Shown here one piece after another: positions 40,619 through 55,330 of a stretch of 64,000 nt of DNA. The DNA comes from the human T2T-CHM13v2.0 reference genome, Homo sapiens: the NCBI RefSeq assembly GCF_009914755.1, contig NC_060934.1; one strand, 5' to 3'. The stretch's first letter is position 1. Each line of letters begins with the position of its first letter. The position numbers and the translations under genes were made by a program. The notes beneath the pieces were generated by a model that was not told where the DNA came from, did not search any database, and worked only from the letters and a program-made list of their open reading frames with translations.

Positions 40619-43600
40619 CCATATTTTCAACAAACGGTACTGGAATAATTGGACATCCACATCCAAAAAAAAAGAATCTAGACACTGTGTTTACACAATG
40701 TACAAGAATGGATAATAGATTTAAACATAAAAATGTGAGACTATAGAAGAATGTTATAAGTTGAATTTAATAAAAATTAAAACTTCTGCTCTAAGAAAGT
40801 CATAGTTAATATTTAAAAAACAAGCCAAGACTGGGAGACAATATTTACAAAACATGTATCCAATAAAGAACTGGTATGAGCACTCCACAGAACTCTTAAA
40901 ACTCAAAAAGAAAAAAAAAAGATAAATAATCCAGTTAAAAAATGGACAGGAGATCTGAACAGACATTTCACCGAGGAAAATATATTGATGGCAAATAAGC
41001 GAATGAAGTATGCTCAACATCATGTATTATTAGAGAATCGCTCATTCGAACGAGATACCACCGCATGCCTACTAAAATGGCTAAAATCCAGAACACTGAA
41101 AACACTAAATTGTGTTGAAGATAAAGAGCAAGGGAAACTCTCATTTATTGCTTGTGGGAATGCAAAATGGCACAGCCACGTTAGAAGATAGCTTTGCAGT
41201 TTCTTACAAAGTTAAATGTAGTCTTACCACATGGACTAGTAACTTCACTCCTATCCAAATGAGTCAAAAAAACTTCACTCCTATCCAAATGAGTCACATG
41301 ACTCCTTAAAATAGCTTTTCTCATAACAAAACTTGGTAGCTACCAGATGCCCCCAACAGGTGAGTAATGGTTCAATAAACTGGCATACCTATAAAATGGG
41401 ATATTCAGTGATTTAAAAATAAGCTATCAAACCATACAAAACATGCAAGAACCTAAAATGCATACAACTTAGTGAAAGAAGCTAATCTGAAAAGGCTGTA
41501 CACTGTATAATTCCAATGATACAACATTCTTAAAAAGGGGAAAACTGTAAAAAGATCAGAATTTCCAGTAGTCTCCAAGGGAAGGGATGAATAAATCAAG
41601 CACAGAAATTTTTAAGAAAGTAAAACTATTCTTATAATATTGTAGTAGTGGTTACATGACATATGCATTTGTCCAAACGCATGAAATGTATAATGTCAAG
41701 AGTGAACCCTAATATAAAACTAATGTATGGACTTTCATTTATAATATGTCAATATTGATGCATCAATTATAACGAATGTACCACACTAATCCAAGATATT
41801 AATCATAAAGAATATGGAGAGTAGAAGAAAGTGTATGGAAATTCTCTCTGCTTTGTTAGTTTCTACTATAAACCTAAAATTGTTCTAAAAATAAAATCTA
41901 TTAATTAAAAAATGAACTATTGCTACCAGTATCAACATAGGCGAAAGTCAGAGTAGTTATGTTGAGTGCAAAAGACAGACAAAAAAGAATAGATTTTGTG
42001 ACTCCATTTACATAAAATTCTACCAAGTGTAAACCATTCTGTAGTATCAGAAATAGATTAGTAGTTGCATGGAGATTGAGTAGGGAAGAGGGGAAGAAGC
42101 GATTACTAAAGACACAAAATAACTTCAGGGAAGTGAATATGTTCATGATCTTGATTGCCATGGTGTTTTCTCGTGTACCAATATGCCAAAACTTTAAAAA
42201 TACACTGGATATGTTCAGTTTATGTCAATTACACTTCAATGAAAAACATTTTAAAATATTATGTATCTTGATTTTATGCTTATGCAGAGATATTATTTCT
42301 CTGCATAAAAAAGGTATATATGCATATATGCCATATATACCTTTTGGCATAGTGTAAAGATATATAAACATAGTATATAAATATGGTATTTGTAATATTC
42401 TTATTCATATGCAAAATATAGTTTACTTTTAATTTTTTAACTTTTCTTCTGTTTTTATTCCGTATCCTCCAGACATTAACACTGAGAACTTCATATACAA
42501 TTACATATTTAAAAATGAGTCATGTCTAGTATAATACAAAATATCAGCAATGTAACATGACAGGAACAAAATATAAATGAAGTTGCTTTGTATAGATTCA
42601 TTTTTCTCATTAAAACATTTCATAGCATAATGCACTTATTCAAAAGTATTAACATATATATTTAAGTGCACTATGAAAAACAGAATCAAGAAATGGATAC
42701 CATATTGATACTAAATCCTATGTTAAAGTATGTTGAATAATTCGTAGTTTTTCAAAAGTAACTCAGTCATGTCACATATTAATAATGAATATATTTATTT
42801 TTAGGAACTCCTTTTAAATAACTATTAGGTATATAGTTTTATGCTGAGTTTTATGAGAAACACAATAAGCATATCATTTTATGTCAGGAATAGAGAGTAT
42901 ATTTGTCCCTAGGTCATTTTCTATAGCTGTCAAAATGTTTCAACATCTTTTAGAACTCCAGAAAATCAGGAAGAAATATAGAAATGTTCCTAGGTTGTTC
43001 TTGTAACTTTATCTAGTTTTTTTCTATTCTTAATTATATTAATTCTTCCCAATGGCTTATTTAAAAATGGGTCTTCAATTGTCTTTCATTAAAATTCTAT
43101 GGGGTCTCATTACGTGTAAGAAGGTTTTATTTCACACCAAGTATTTTTCTGTTATGTAAAAGGAAAATAAAGCTCTGGGCTAAAGAAATAACTTTTTTAA
43201 AAAATTTTCCCTATTGGGAAGTAGTTGAATATATACTTTGCTGTTTTCAGCTAAAACATATTAGAATGTGATTCTATTTACAACAAAAATGAAATAAGGC
43301 TGTGTTACATTGGCAAGCTGTAATGGGAAATGTATTTGTCACCCTAGGCAAACTGAAAGGGCAGATATATTGAATTCAGTAATGCTGAATAATTAAGCCC
43401 TCACTTATAACCCTTATATTAGAGAATTCAACTTAATAAGTTAAGTCATTTTCCAAGTGTTTGTTAATGTATCAAAAGGATTTATACATTTCACAAAGGG
43501 GGACTCAAGCTAAGCTAAAGATTTATAAACACAACCAATTCACTAGAGAAATAATTTTAACCGTGTTTTTCTTGTTTTTCCAAACCTTACTCTTTCATGG

Positions 43601-44326
43601 AAAAAAATAAAGGCAATATTATAAAATAGATGAAAGTGCAGGGTAATTACCTTGCATTGAGAAGCCTAGAGCTCACCTGATCCACAATATTTGATAATCC
43701 ATGTCACCCCTGGTTTACTTCCACAGTTCCCTTGAAGATTGAAGAGCTGTCTGAATACCACAGTCTTAGTATACTATGTTTTGTAAGGAAACCTGCCCAC
43801 TCAAGAATACCTTCTATGAGAGCCAACCCATTCAGCATGTTAGGAAGTTTGCTTCCATGTATGATTCAAGCCCACCTGGTCCAGTGGATTGGACAATGAA
43901 TGAACGCTTGATTTAGGTGGAAGTTATCCATTTATTGGTTGGAAATCAATAAGCCTCTTTCACTTGAGAATTCTAATTGAGATGAAGGTTATAATAATGA
44001 TGCATACTGGATGCACAAAGCCATATAGCCTCCATAATGTTATAAAGAATAATATTATTGATCCACAGGCAAGCAATGGAGATACAAAGAGTACAAGAGT
44101 AAGAAAATAAATGTTGCCCTGGAGTGAGAGAAATTGATAAAAAGCCACTGCCTTGATGTTGGACAGGTTCTTAGTTCTATGTTCAGCCTTTATTTTCTGC
44201 CCTTGGATTCTACACTGTACATTTCAAGTTTTTTTACAAAATGGTTTTGACTACAGAAAAAGCAAGTGTGCCATTATCCCATTTTTGACATATTTTGGGA
44301 GAAATAAAGTAAAAACTATTTTTTTA

Positions 44327-44667
<341 letters not shown>

Positions 44668-45211
44668 TAAAAAGCATTAAGAGAGTTTTTCAGAGTAGTT
44701 TCTGAGTTACATGTAAAAACAAGATAAAAAAATTTACTAACAGCTCTGCAGCTTTCAAAATTAAGCAGTCAGATTTCTGTGTGGCTGAGAATTGCTAGCA
44801 GTCTCCTCCATTAGAATTTGCCATGCCCAAAATGTCCCATGCTATACAGTTAAATGATTAATGTTTGAGTAATATTCAGTTTGAAATTTAAATTTTTCCT
44901 CTTGAGGGGAAAACATGCTTAGCCTTTCATTATAAAATTATCCAAGCTTTCCTCTCATTTCTATGTTCAAATTCATTGCATGAGTTAAAGCATCTTAAGG
45001 CTTCCTTCTAAACAATTTATATATTTGCCCTACGATTTCAACTAGTCCTAATCTCAGAGGATCACTTCACTGGAAAAGTTGTGCAAAAGTAAAACGAAAT
45101 GGAGATTAACTATACTAAATTGTCATGTTGAGCTTCGTGATAAATTTAGTTACAAAGATATTATTCAAATTGGAATTAACTGCAAATCTCCCCCCAATGA
45201 AAGTGGAGTGA

Positions 45212-45511
<300 letters not shown>

Positions 45512-46299
45512 GAAAGTGGAGTGAAATTACTATATAAACCTAGAGTTATGAACATCAGAAAACATGATATAGCAATAAAGTAATTTAATGTTGACTTAGG
45601 GAGTCATAAATCAGATATTTTATTCAACGAACTCTGATTTTTAATTATAACGTAAGAATTATAAATTAGTATCTAAAAGTCATTGTTTCTTAATAAATAA
45701 TGAGTTGACAAAAATAATAGTTGAAAAATAAAATTATATAGGATGGTTATATTGTGAAAATTTCCATTAAAAATTAAAATAATAAAAAAATCGCCTTTGG
45801 AAACTACTTTTATTTAAAATATCAGGAATCCAGAAAATTGCAACTTTTCTTGATCTACATAATCATTTTTACATGAAATTTTAATTCCATAACCATTGCA
45901 AAGATTTTTCTTAATAAACACAGTATTAAGTATCAAACACCTTCTGTGAAAGTACAATAGAACACAAACATATACTAGAGGTATTGTTTTCTGCATTTAT
46001 GCATGAACAATAAGATTTTTTAAATTTTTGACTTATCTGTGGAAATATGATAGAGAATTGTATGGTATGGTTTAAGTATTATTCATTTCTGCACTTAGAT
46101 GAGGTAATTTTTTCTTTTCTAGATAAACTCTAATTCCACTTTTTCCATACAGTACACACATATACATGCATATATATGTTTCTGTTAAACAACAGTAGTG
46201 AGATTTTAACAAATGACTTACCTGTCTTTCTGAAAAGTGTCTTGTCTGTTAATGTTATATGAGCCTGTAAGGGAAGAAAGGGACTATATTACAAAGGAA

Positions 46300-46525
46300 C
46301 AGAAATGATCCAGGAGAGTATGAATACAACTGGATTCTAAGAATACTGGGCTATTGGGTATTGGGATATAGATTGGGATAAAAGAGTATACCCCTATCAG
46401 AGCACTGTCAGTTTCACTACTGATATGGTACAAACACATGACAGGATGGTTCGTAGCATCAAGGAAAAAGTGATGGCCTCAGGTGAGGTTGCAATGTCAA
46501 ATTTCCCATGGAAGATGACAGAAGA
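46300..46525 (+). mobile_element. ERVL internal (gag-like) remnant
   Basis: Degenerate 'tggattctaaga' (W-I-L-R) and 'gatggcct...gaggttgcaatg...ttcccatgg' (RWP..EV.M..PW) resembling ERVL gag. Confidence 0.5.
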
Positions 46526-46544
46526 TGCATATATCACAAAGAAA

Positions 46545-46745
46545 ATAATATGTAGAATAGTTAAAATCTACTCTCAATAATTTTTAAGTTATTTTAAATT
46601 ATATGCTATTGTTATTAACTATAGTCACTATTTCCATAGTCACTACAACTACAATCACTATAGATCTATTACATAATGTACAATAGATCTCTGAAACTTA
46701 TTTCTCCTGTCAACTGAAATTTTGTTTCCTTTGACCAACATTGAG
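46545..46745 (-). mobile_element. L1MA-type 3' end fragment
   Basis: 'aaaatctactctc...ttattaactatagtcac...tgtacaatagatctctgaaacttatt...ctttgaccaaca'. Confidence 0.75.
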
Positions 46746-47119
46746 ATAGCAACTTTTATCACAATTTAAAAATTATAATAACATAAAACAATGTAATTTT
46801 ATAACAAGGAAAAGGCATTTCTTGAAAGTTAATTCACAAAATTGAATGAATGAATTGCTAAACAAAACGATGTCAACAACCAGAACAACTCTAGATATCT
46901 CAGGCAGAATGAATTCAAAGAAAACGACTGCACATATTTCTTCTCAACATTAGATTCACAATGGAATCACCTGGGGCAATTTTTTTTTAAAGAAACGAAT
47001 GCCTACATATCATGTCCAGACTCTGATTTATTTGTTATTAAATATGGCCTGGACATCACTCTACTCCTGACGTCCCTGCTCAAGAATCAACTTCCGGGAA
47101 GAGAGACTGGGACTCACTG

Positions 47120-47765
47120 ATTTTGGTGCTATTCAGTTGAACTATGCCCTTACTGATTTTCCACCTGCTGGTTCTATTCATTATTGATAGAGAGGTGTTA
47201 ACACCTCCAATTATCATAGTGGATTTATCTGTCTGTTCCTGCAGTTCTATCTGTTTTCACCTCATGTGTTTTGACAGCCTGTTACATGCAAACACATTAA
47301 GGATTGTTACGTTTTCTTGGAAAATTAAATCCTTTGTTACTATGTAATACCCCTTTGTATCCCCCTATAATTGTTCTTTCTCTGAAGTCTTTTTGTTGGA
47401 AATTAATATATTAATCCAGCTTTCTTTTAATTAGTATTATCATGTTATATATTTTTCAAAGTTAATTCTCAAGCTTGTCCACAATGTGCTTCCAGAAATT
47501 AATCAACTGCATATTAAAGTTTTCTACTCCATTACTAACTCCTGTGGGGGCTCCTGGGCTTTTGCTCCACTAGGCTATAATTCTTTGCATTTTCCCATCT
47601 CTCTAATTTAATGGGGATTTAGGGTGGGCGCAGCAGTTTTTCTGTGACCTCAGTCCTCTAATGGATCTAAAATGAGTTGTTGATAGTCTGTTTGTACAGC
47701 ATTTTTCTTGTTGTAAGGATGGGAGTGATGACTTTCAAGTTTCTTACATACTTGAATAACTGACA
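47120..47765 (-). mobile_element. Old L1M internal fragment(s)
   Basis: 'ccttactgattttccacctgctgg...gagaggtgttaacacctccaattatcatagtggatttatct...attaaggattgtta'. Confidence 0.7.
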
Positions 47766-47959
47766 TTTTTTATTATATACTCACCCCTGTGGTGGTAGAA
47801 GAATGCTATAAATTTTGGATCCACAGAACTAAAGTACTAGGAGAGGGAATTTTTCACAGGAAAGATGGTTGCTACAGAAAAAAAAAGATAAAGTCTTCTC
47901 TGCTATCTCTGCTAGACTCTCTAAACTCTTCCTGTCTCTGGAGTCCAGACACCCAAGCC

Positions 47960-48345
47960 TCCTTTTAGTTTTGAGCTTTCACTATGCTTTTATCTTAAAG
48001 ACTTTGCCTACTATGTCTTTTCTGCTGAGAAAGCACCTTATCCCCTCAATTACCTGGTTAACATCAAATATCAAATCATGCTTCTGACTGAAGGCCAAGT
48101 ACCACCTCTAGAAGAAATCTTCCCTAAGAACAGCCTACATACAGTTAATTGTGTGATCCCTTTTCTTATATCCTTCGAATACTCTTCCTTCACATTACTC
48201 TTCCTTCACAGCCTTTAGCCAGACAACACATTACAGGAAAACAGGGAGAACATGATTTTGCCATTCACTCTTACCTTTGCCTAGCCCAGTGCCTGGCAAA
48301 TGATAGATTCTCATTATATATATATATATTTGAATGAATTAATAA
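47960..48345 (+). mobile_element. L2 3' end
   Basis: 'gcctagcccagtgcctggcaaatgatag...tttgaatgaattaataaat'. Confidence 0.6.
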
Positions 48346-49489
48346 ATCCAAGTAAAGTAATTGATGTTTTGGAGTTATCTAAGGCTGTTAAAGTCAGTTA
48401 AATATAGTTAATGTGAAGCAAAAAACCGTAAACAAAATTAACGTAATATACACGCTGATGTTACTATTTTAGAAAAAAACACAATAATTTACAAATTCCT
48501 TTCAATAATTCAATTAATGTTTATGAGATTTGATTGAAGACAAATCCATCACGGCAATCTGTGAATGCTTTGTTGTAAATAAAAGGTAATCCTTGTAATA
48601 AGCAAAAACAAATTAACATAACAAATGTCAATTTACAGATAGACAAAAAGTGATTGTTTTCTGAATGAAAAGAGGATTATTAACAGTTGGCATAAGAAAT
48701 CAAAAATTAGTTCAACAATTAGTCATATGGAAATGTCAAATATTGACAATGTGATAAAGAAAACAAGAGTTTCTGCAAATAACCTCCCATCCCTGATGTG
48801 AGTCTTTCACGTCATTCTATAGTTCAACTAGTTCTTAATAACTCAAAAACAGGAAAGATAAAATCCATCATTTTGTTTTACTACCCAGATCCCTCCCGTA
48901 GCTGTCACACAGAGTGTGATTTATGACTTGTAAGTTGTGCTATGGAGCTTGACAAGTAAGTTTGATTTCATTTAATATTTTCTTTAAACCATCTTAGATC
49001 TTCTCTTTGACAAGTATTTCATCTATTAGTGTTCTCAAAATGTAAAATGGGTAACTTAATGAGAACAAAAATTGTACCCAAAGATATATTTGCACTATCT
49101 ACATATTTGCAATTAAATCTTAACAGATTTAATTGTAATAGAATCTAATGGTTTTCCTCTTGAATTTCTTTAGACACCAGAAATTTTTATTACTAATAAA
49201 TAATGTTTAGCTTCCTAGTCACAAACCAAACAGAAAGCAAATTTCATCAGAGTTTAGAATGGTTAAAACCAACATAGCTGCAATATTTTTAGTTTTGCTT
49301 TAAAATTTTGTTTAATCAAACAGTAAATCAATCAGAGTTGATCATTATGTAATCCACAGACCTTGAAATAACAGAGATATATTTCTCCGCAGATCAATAT
49401 CTATATATGTTTTTAAGATAAGTAGAAATTCCCCTGAAGATCATAAAGAAAAAGTATGTCATATAATATAGTTAAAAAAATAGTTATTA

Positions 49490-49665
49490 ATTTTTTCTGC
49501 TTATGATGTTCCAGAATCTGTACTAAGCATTTTAGAGGATTATTTTATTTAGTTCCCACAATAATCCCTTGAGAAATATACTACAATAATCATCTTTAAT
49601 TCACAGTTATTGAAAATGAGACACAAAGAGGTTAAGAATTTTGTCCAAGGTCAGGCAGCTAGCGT
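49490..49665 (-). mobile_element. MIR
   Basis: 'gaaaatgagacacaaagaggttaagaattttgtccaaggtcaggcagctag'. Confidence 0.65.
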
Positions 49666-52198
49666 GACTTAGCAAGGGTGTAATTAAGAAAAAATATGTT
49701 TTTCTTATCTTATGGGAAATTTGGAAAAGCAAATATCTACATTCTCTTTTTAATAAAAAAAATAAAATATAAAATGTGAGTCTCTCTTAAAGCAGGGAAT
49801 CAACTTTAATTAAATTGAAACAATACATAATCCTTTGTTGTTCAGGTTCTGTATTATTATTATCTCTGCTGACAGCAAAAGCTAAGAATAGAAAATATTT
49901 CTGACCCAAGTTGGCAAATTATGAATCAACCTGCTAAAGAATCAGAATAAACTAACAAGTGGAATTAAATATGATTATTCTATATTATATGTATAATATA
50001 AAAATTTCTTATTGTTATAATTTTACTAAGATTCTACCAGTTTCAACTAAATTATCTTTTAAATCCAAGCTTAATAAAAGAAATTGGCATGAGATGTTTT
50101 CATAGGAAATAGTGACAATTCATATTATTTTTAATTAAGTGCAAATGAGATACATTATTTCTGTATTTCATTTTCCTTCTAAAAGTCATCTTTAAAGTTT
50201 TAGTTTTTCTGAAGTTGACAGCTATTACTAACTCTTTTGGGCCAAGTTTTTTGAGATAGATTAATTTATAAAATTAGGAAGAAACTAAAGTAGTTGCAAA
50301 AGTTTCTAAAAAGATAATAAAGTAGTTGTCTCTATGTTATAATAGAAAATGAGAATGTGAATGCAGATCATTTTGACTGTTTGTGTTTTCAGCAAATATT
50401 ACCTGAATATTGATATATAAATTAGAATTCCCCAAAGGAAAACATTTTAAAATGTTAAAATTAATAAAATCATTAACTTACATACTTGTCCTTAGTATCA
50501 GGACAATCTCCAGTGGATTCAACAGAGCATCTGCAGTTTTGTTGAACAAAGGTTTCTGCAATATAGACTTATGGTGTGAGCTTACTGGGTCACATTCTTT
50601 GTTCCTTCTTGGAGCTTTGGGAGGCTTTTATAAAAGAGCTGCTGCAGTAGAAGGACTGAGTTGTGTCACACTGAGGATTTAAGTTTCTATGGGAGAATCA
50701 AATTCACTTTAGTATAGGGATTTAGTGGGTTTCCCTAGCCTTATTAATAAAATACTAATACGACATTAAAAATGCATACTTTGTCTTACAATAATCCAAT
50801 TAAGACACTATTTTTGCATAGCAAAATTCTTTACTAAACACCAGTTGCAAATCAAGTGAAATTGCATTGGCAAGAGGTGATCATACTGCTCTCCTACTCC
50901 TGCCCTTTCCTCCTACTCCAGCTGAAAATACTTGGTGCAAATGTCCTTTTATAGGAGACTTTGACCCCAGGGTATAGAAAAGGAAAGGAAAAGGTCACAT
51001 ATATATATGTCTTGTCTATAACTGAAACCTAATACCAGCACAAAAGCCTAAAAGGACCGATTTTTAGAGGGCGTTGGCAGGAAACTCTTTGCTCTGCTAT
51101 CATCTGTTTTAAGCTACTTTTATACATGATTTATTTTTTCAGCTTCTACTCTGCTACTATTCAACTGCAAATGCAATTTGTTATATTGTACACTTCAACA
51201 CCTTGAACAGCATCCTAATTATTATTGAAATGTATTACGAGTTCGTAAAGAAAACAGCATTTTGTTTCTTCAGTCATCTACTTAGGATGAAAGTGTTATT
51301 TAGAAAACAATAAATGGGAAAAATGATACATTAAAAATAAAAATAGCTATTAACTTTTTAGATCAAATAAACCAATTTTAAGCATTTTCATGGACCTTTA
51401 TAACCAAAATAAACATTTAAATACAGATAATTTAATTCAGTATTTTGTTTCTTGAAAATATTGGAATATGTGTTTTAGATAATGCATATATTTCTGTTAT
51501 TGAAAAATAAGCTTTCAATAGTCAGCTGACTTCATACGTAAATAATAATACCATTTTAAATTTATTCAAGGATTTAGGTGTTCTTAAATATGACTTTATA
51601 ACTTATTTTACTCCCTTAAAGTAAATATTTATGGCATCTGTAAGTCATTGTAAAATTGTAAAATTGGTATAGCATAGTATTCAGATTGTCCTTTGTAATG
51701 TTTTATACTATTCACATTTGTATTTAATCACAAATTTGATACAATTTAGCCAAACCTTCAACACATTTATGAAGAGAGCACTACCGAGACTTTATACAAT
51801 GGAATAAAATAACAAAATGTGCTGACAGCATTCTTCCACTCAAAGAGGTATATATATATTTTTTATTCTAATTCTTTAATTTTATTTTTTAGCACCCAAT
51901 GATAGGGAAAATTACTGGAAGTGTGATTAAGGCTATTATAAGATACATAAACTGTATGGCATAAGCATTCTCAACTCAACTTCACACTCTACATCGTTTT
52001 ATCAACTTAGTATGCCAGCTTTTTAAGTTTGGTGGAATCTGGTATTCCACACCTACATGTCTCTGAATCCCATCCGTGTACTGATGCCAAGATGAACTGA
52101 ACCAGGGACGAATTTTTCTCTTATATGGAAACATGAATATATTCCAAACTGGAGTGAGCTCTCATCAGCGGTTTGCCTATGGTAATTACTTTGTGCCT

Positions 52199-52633
52199 TG
52201 TAATGGGTCATGTAGTATCCTCATAAGGGTGCGTCTGAGTCCTAGACCCTCTCCCATTCCAGTACCTGTAAATATCACCTTATTTTGAAATAGGAGCTTT
52301 ACAGATATAATAAAGATCTCAGGGTGAGATCATCCTGAATTTAGAGTGAGTCATGGGTATTTGGGACACAGAAACACAAGCAAGGTCATGTGAAGATAGA
52401 GACAAAGGTTGGAGTTATGCTGTCACAAGCCAAGGAGTGCCAGGAGCCAACAGAATCTAGAAGAGGCAAGGAAGGATTCTTCCCTAGAGCCGTCAGAGGG
52501 TGTATGGCTCTGCCTCCACCTTGATTTTGGTCTTCTGGCCTCTATAATTGAGAATTTTTTTTCTTTTTTTACTATTTTAAGCCACAAATTTTGTAGCAAT
52601 TTCTTTTGGCAGCACTAGGAAACTAGTTAATAC
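52199..52633 (+). mobile_element. MLT1B-type LTR
   Basis: 'caccttattttgaaatagg...acaagccaagga...gaagaggcaaggaaggattct...gcagcactaggaaacta'. Confidence 0.8.
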
Positions 52634-52859
52634 CTCTATTGTTTGGTTAAACAAAGAACACTATTAAGTATTTTTAAAACAATGTACATCAGTGTTGATT
52701 ATGGTAAGCATACAGTTTATAATCAGATAGGTTTCTGTGTAAAATTTCATGTTATTATATTGATTTGTTTTAACCATACAAGACTTGCTTGGATGTGGTA
52801 CCATTGAATACCATCCCCATTCCCTCCTGTCCCACAGCTTTTTGAAATGTATGGGGCTT

Positions 52860-53236
52860 TGTTCTAGACTGAACATTCCTTTTCCCTCAAATTTCATATG
52901 TTAAAGCCCTACCCCACAATGTGACAGTATTGGGAAGTGAGGCCTTTGAGAATTAATTAGGTTTAGACAAAGTCATGAGCATAGGGCCCTCATCAACGGA
53001 ATTAGTGTCCTTATAAGAACAGGAAGAGAGTCTATAGAGTGCTCTCTCTCTCTCTCTTTCTCTCTCTATCTGCTATGTGAGGATACAGCAAGCCCGGAAG
53101 AGGACCCTCACCAGGAAACAAATTTGCTAGCACCTTAATCTTGCACTTTCCAGCTTCTACAATTGTGAGAAATGTCTGTTGTGTAAGCAATTCAGTCCAT
53201 GATATTTTGTTATAGAAGCCTGGACTGACTGATAAA
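52860..53236 (+). mobile_element. MLT1A-type LTR
   Basis: 'aaatttcatatgttaaagccct...attagtgtccttataagaa...tattttgttatag'. Confidence 0.8.
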
Positions 53237-53647
53237 GGCTGGAACATGCTGGAGAGATGGTACAAAAACTAATTTTAGAAAAATATTTTAAGTTGTAAGA
53301 TCTGAAGCAAAAATCCCTTACATATTACCATTTACATCACCAAATTACTCCATTTACAGTATCAAATTAAGGAAATTTATGTTTTATTCAAGCCTTTTAA
53401 AATCAGCACACCCACCTTGCAGAAGTAATTAATAACCCATGATTATTAATTATGTTTGCCAAGTTAATTTTCATCCAGTATTACTTGCAGGGAAAGTTTG
53501 AAATTGATGAATCATCTCCCTTTTGAGATGTCACTTGTAGAACTAAAGGCTACCTATAATTTCTGTAATTGTTACTCTTTAATGGAACTTTAAACTTCTA
53601 AGAAAAATATTTCAATATATTGTTAAATTGACTTCAATGACTAAGAT

Positions 53648-54070
53648 TGTGGTGGAGAGGATATTTCCCCAAACTAACTCTTTCTCTGACACTTAGGGGT
53701 TCATTGTAATAGTAACACCTTGCTAGCAATCATCTGCTAGTGATTTGCTCATGGAAGAAGAAGGCTAAGGAAATTTAGGTTTGATGACCTTTTTCAGAGT
53801 TTCTGGGAAAGCAAAACCTTCTCTCTACTACTCACTGCAAACAAGCATGTTGTGCAAGCTACTGCTGCCAACCAGGTCACATCCATTAGTGAAGTCAATG
53901 CTGTGGAGAGAGACATTCAAACCTGGGTCACTGATAGTATCATTTTCAATTTCTGACCCAATCAATTCTGGGGCTTCCAATTCCTCTCTCCATGGTCTTA
54001 TGTGAAATAATACATTTTTTAAACTGTTGAAGTCATATTGAGCTGAAATTTCCCTTAATTACAACTCTTA
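53648..54070 (+). mobile_element. Ancient MLT1-type LTR (degenerate)
   Basis: 3' text 'ttatgtgaaataatacatt...ttgaagtcatattgagctga...ttacaac'. Confidence 0.4.
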
Positions 54071-54124
54071 ATATTTTAACTATTTATGCTAAGTTTCTTT
54101 GTTCCAGAAAAAGTACTTTAACTC

Positions 54125-54870
<746 letters not shown>

Positions 54871-54874
54871 TTAT

Positions 54875-55330
54875 TGCCCAGTGGTAAATATACATAACAT
54901 AAAAGGTACCATTTAATCATTTTCAATTCTAAAACTCAGTGATATTGAATACATTCACAATGTTGTATAATTAACACTGTTTTCATAACTTTTCTATCAC
55001 ATCAAACAGAAGTTCTGTACCATTAAGCACTAATTCTCCATTCCCCTTGCCCCAGCCTCCATGCCCTGGAAACATGCAATCTGCATTCCCACTGCATGAA
55101 TTTGACTATTCATGATCTTTCATATAAGTAGAATCATATACTGTTTGTCCTTTTGTGTCTGGCTTATTTTATTTAGCATAATATTTTCAAGGTTTACCCA
55201 TGTTGTAAACATGTATCAGAACATCATTCCCTTTTTATGGCTAAATAATCTTCCCTTGTATGTACATGCCACATTTTGTTTATCTACACATACAGGTTTG
55301 TTTTCACTTTTTGACTCTTGTGAATAAGAA
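54875..55330 (-). mobile_element. L1MB-type 3' end
   Basis: 'gtggtaaatatacataacataaa...acattcacaatgttgt...catataagtagaatcatatac...tgtgtctggcttatt'. Confidence 0.8.

Larger units (their letters stand above)
39730..42250 (+). mobile_element. Cluster of nested old L1M fragments (L1ME and L1MC/MD-like)
   Basis: Repeated L1 ORF2-end and 3'UTR motifs ('tctgataaag','gaacagacatttcacc','gggaatgcaaaatggcacagccac','gtgaaccctaat','tgtaccacacta'). Confidence 0.8.

Noticed and set aside
50517-50547. Hairpin ttcaacagagc...gttttgttgaa as a miRNA or structured RNA
   Set aside because: Stem is short and imperfect, well below pre-miRNA length
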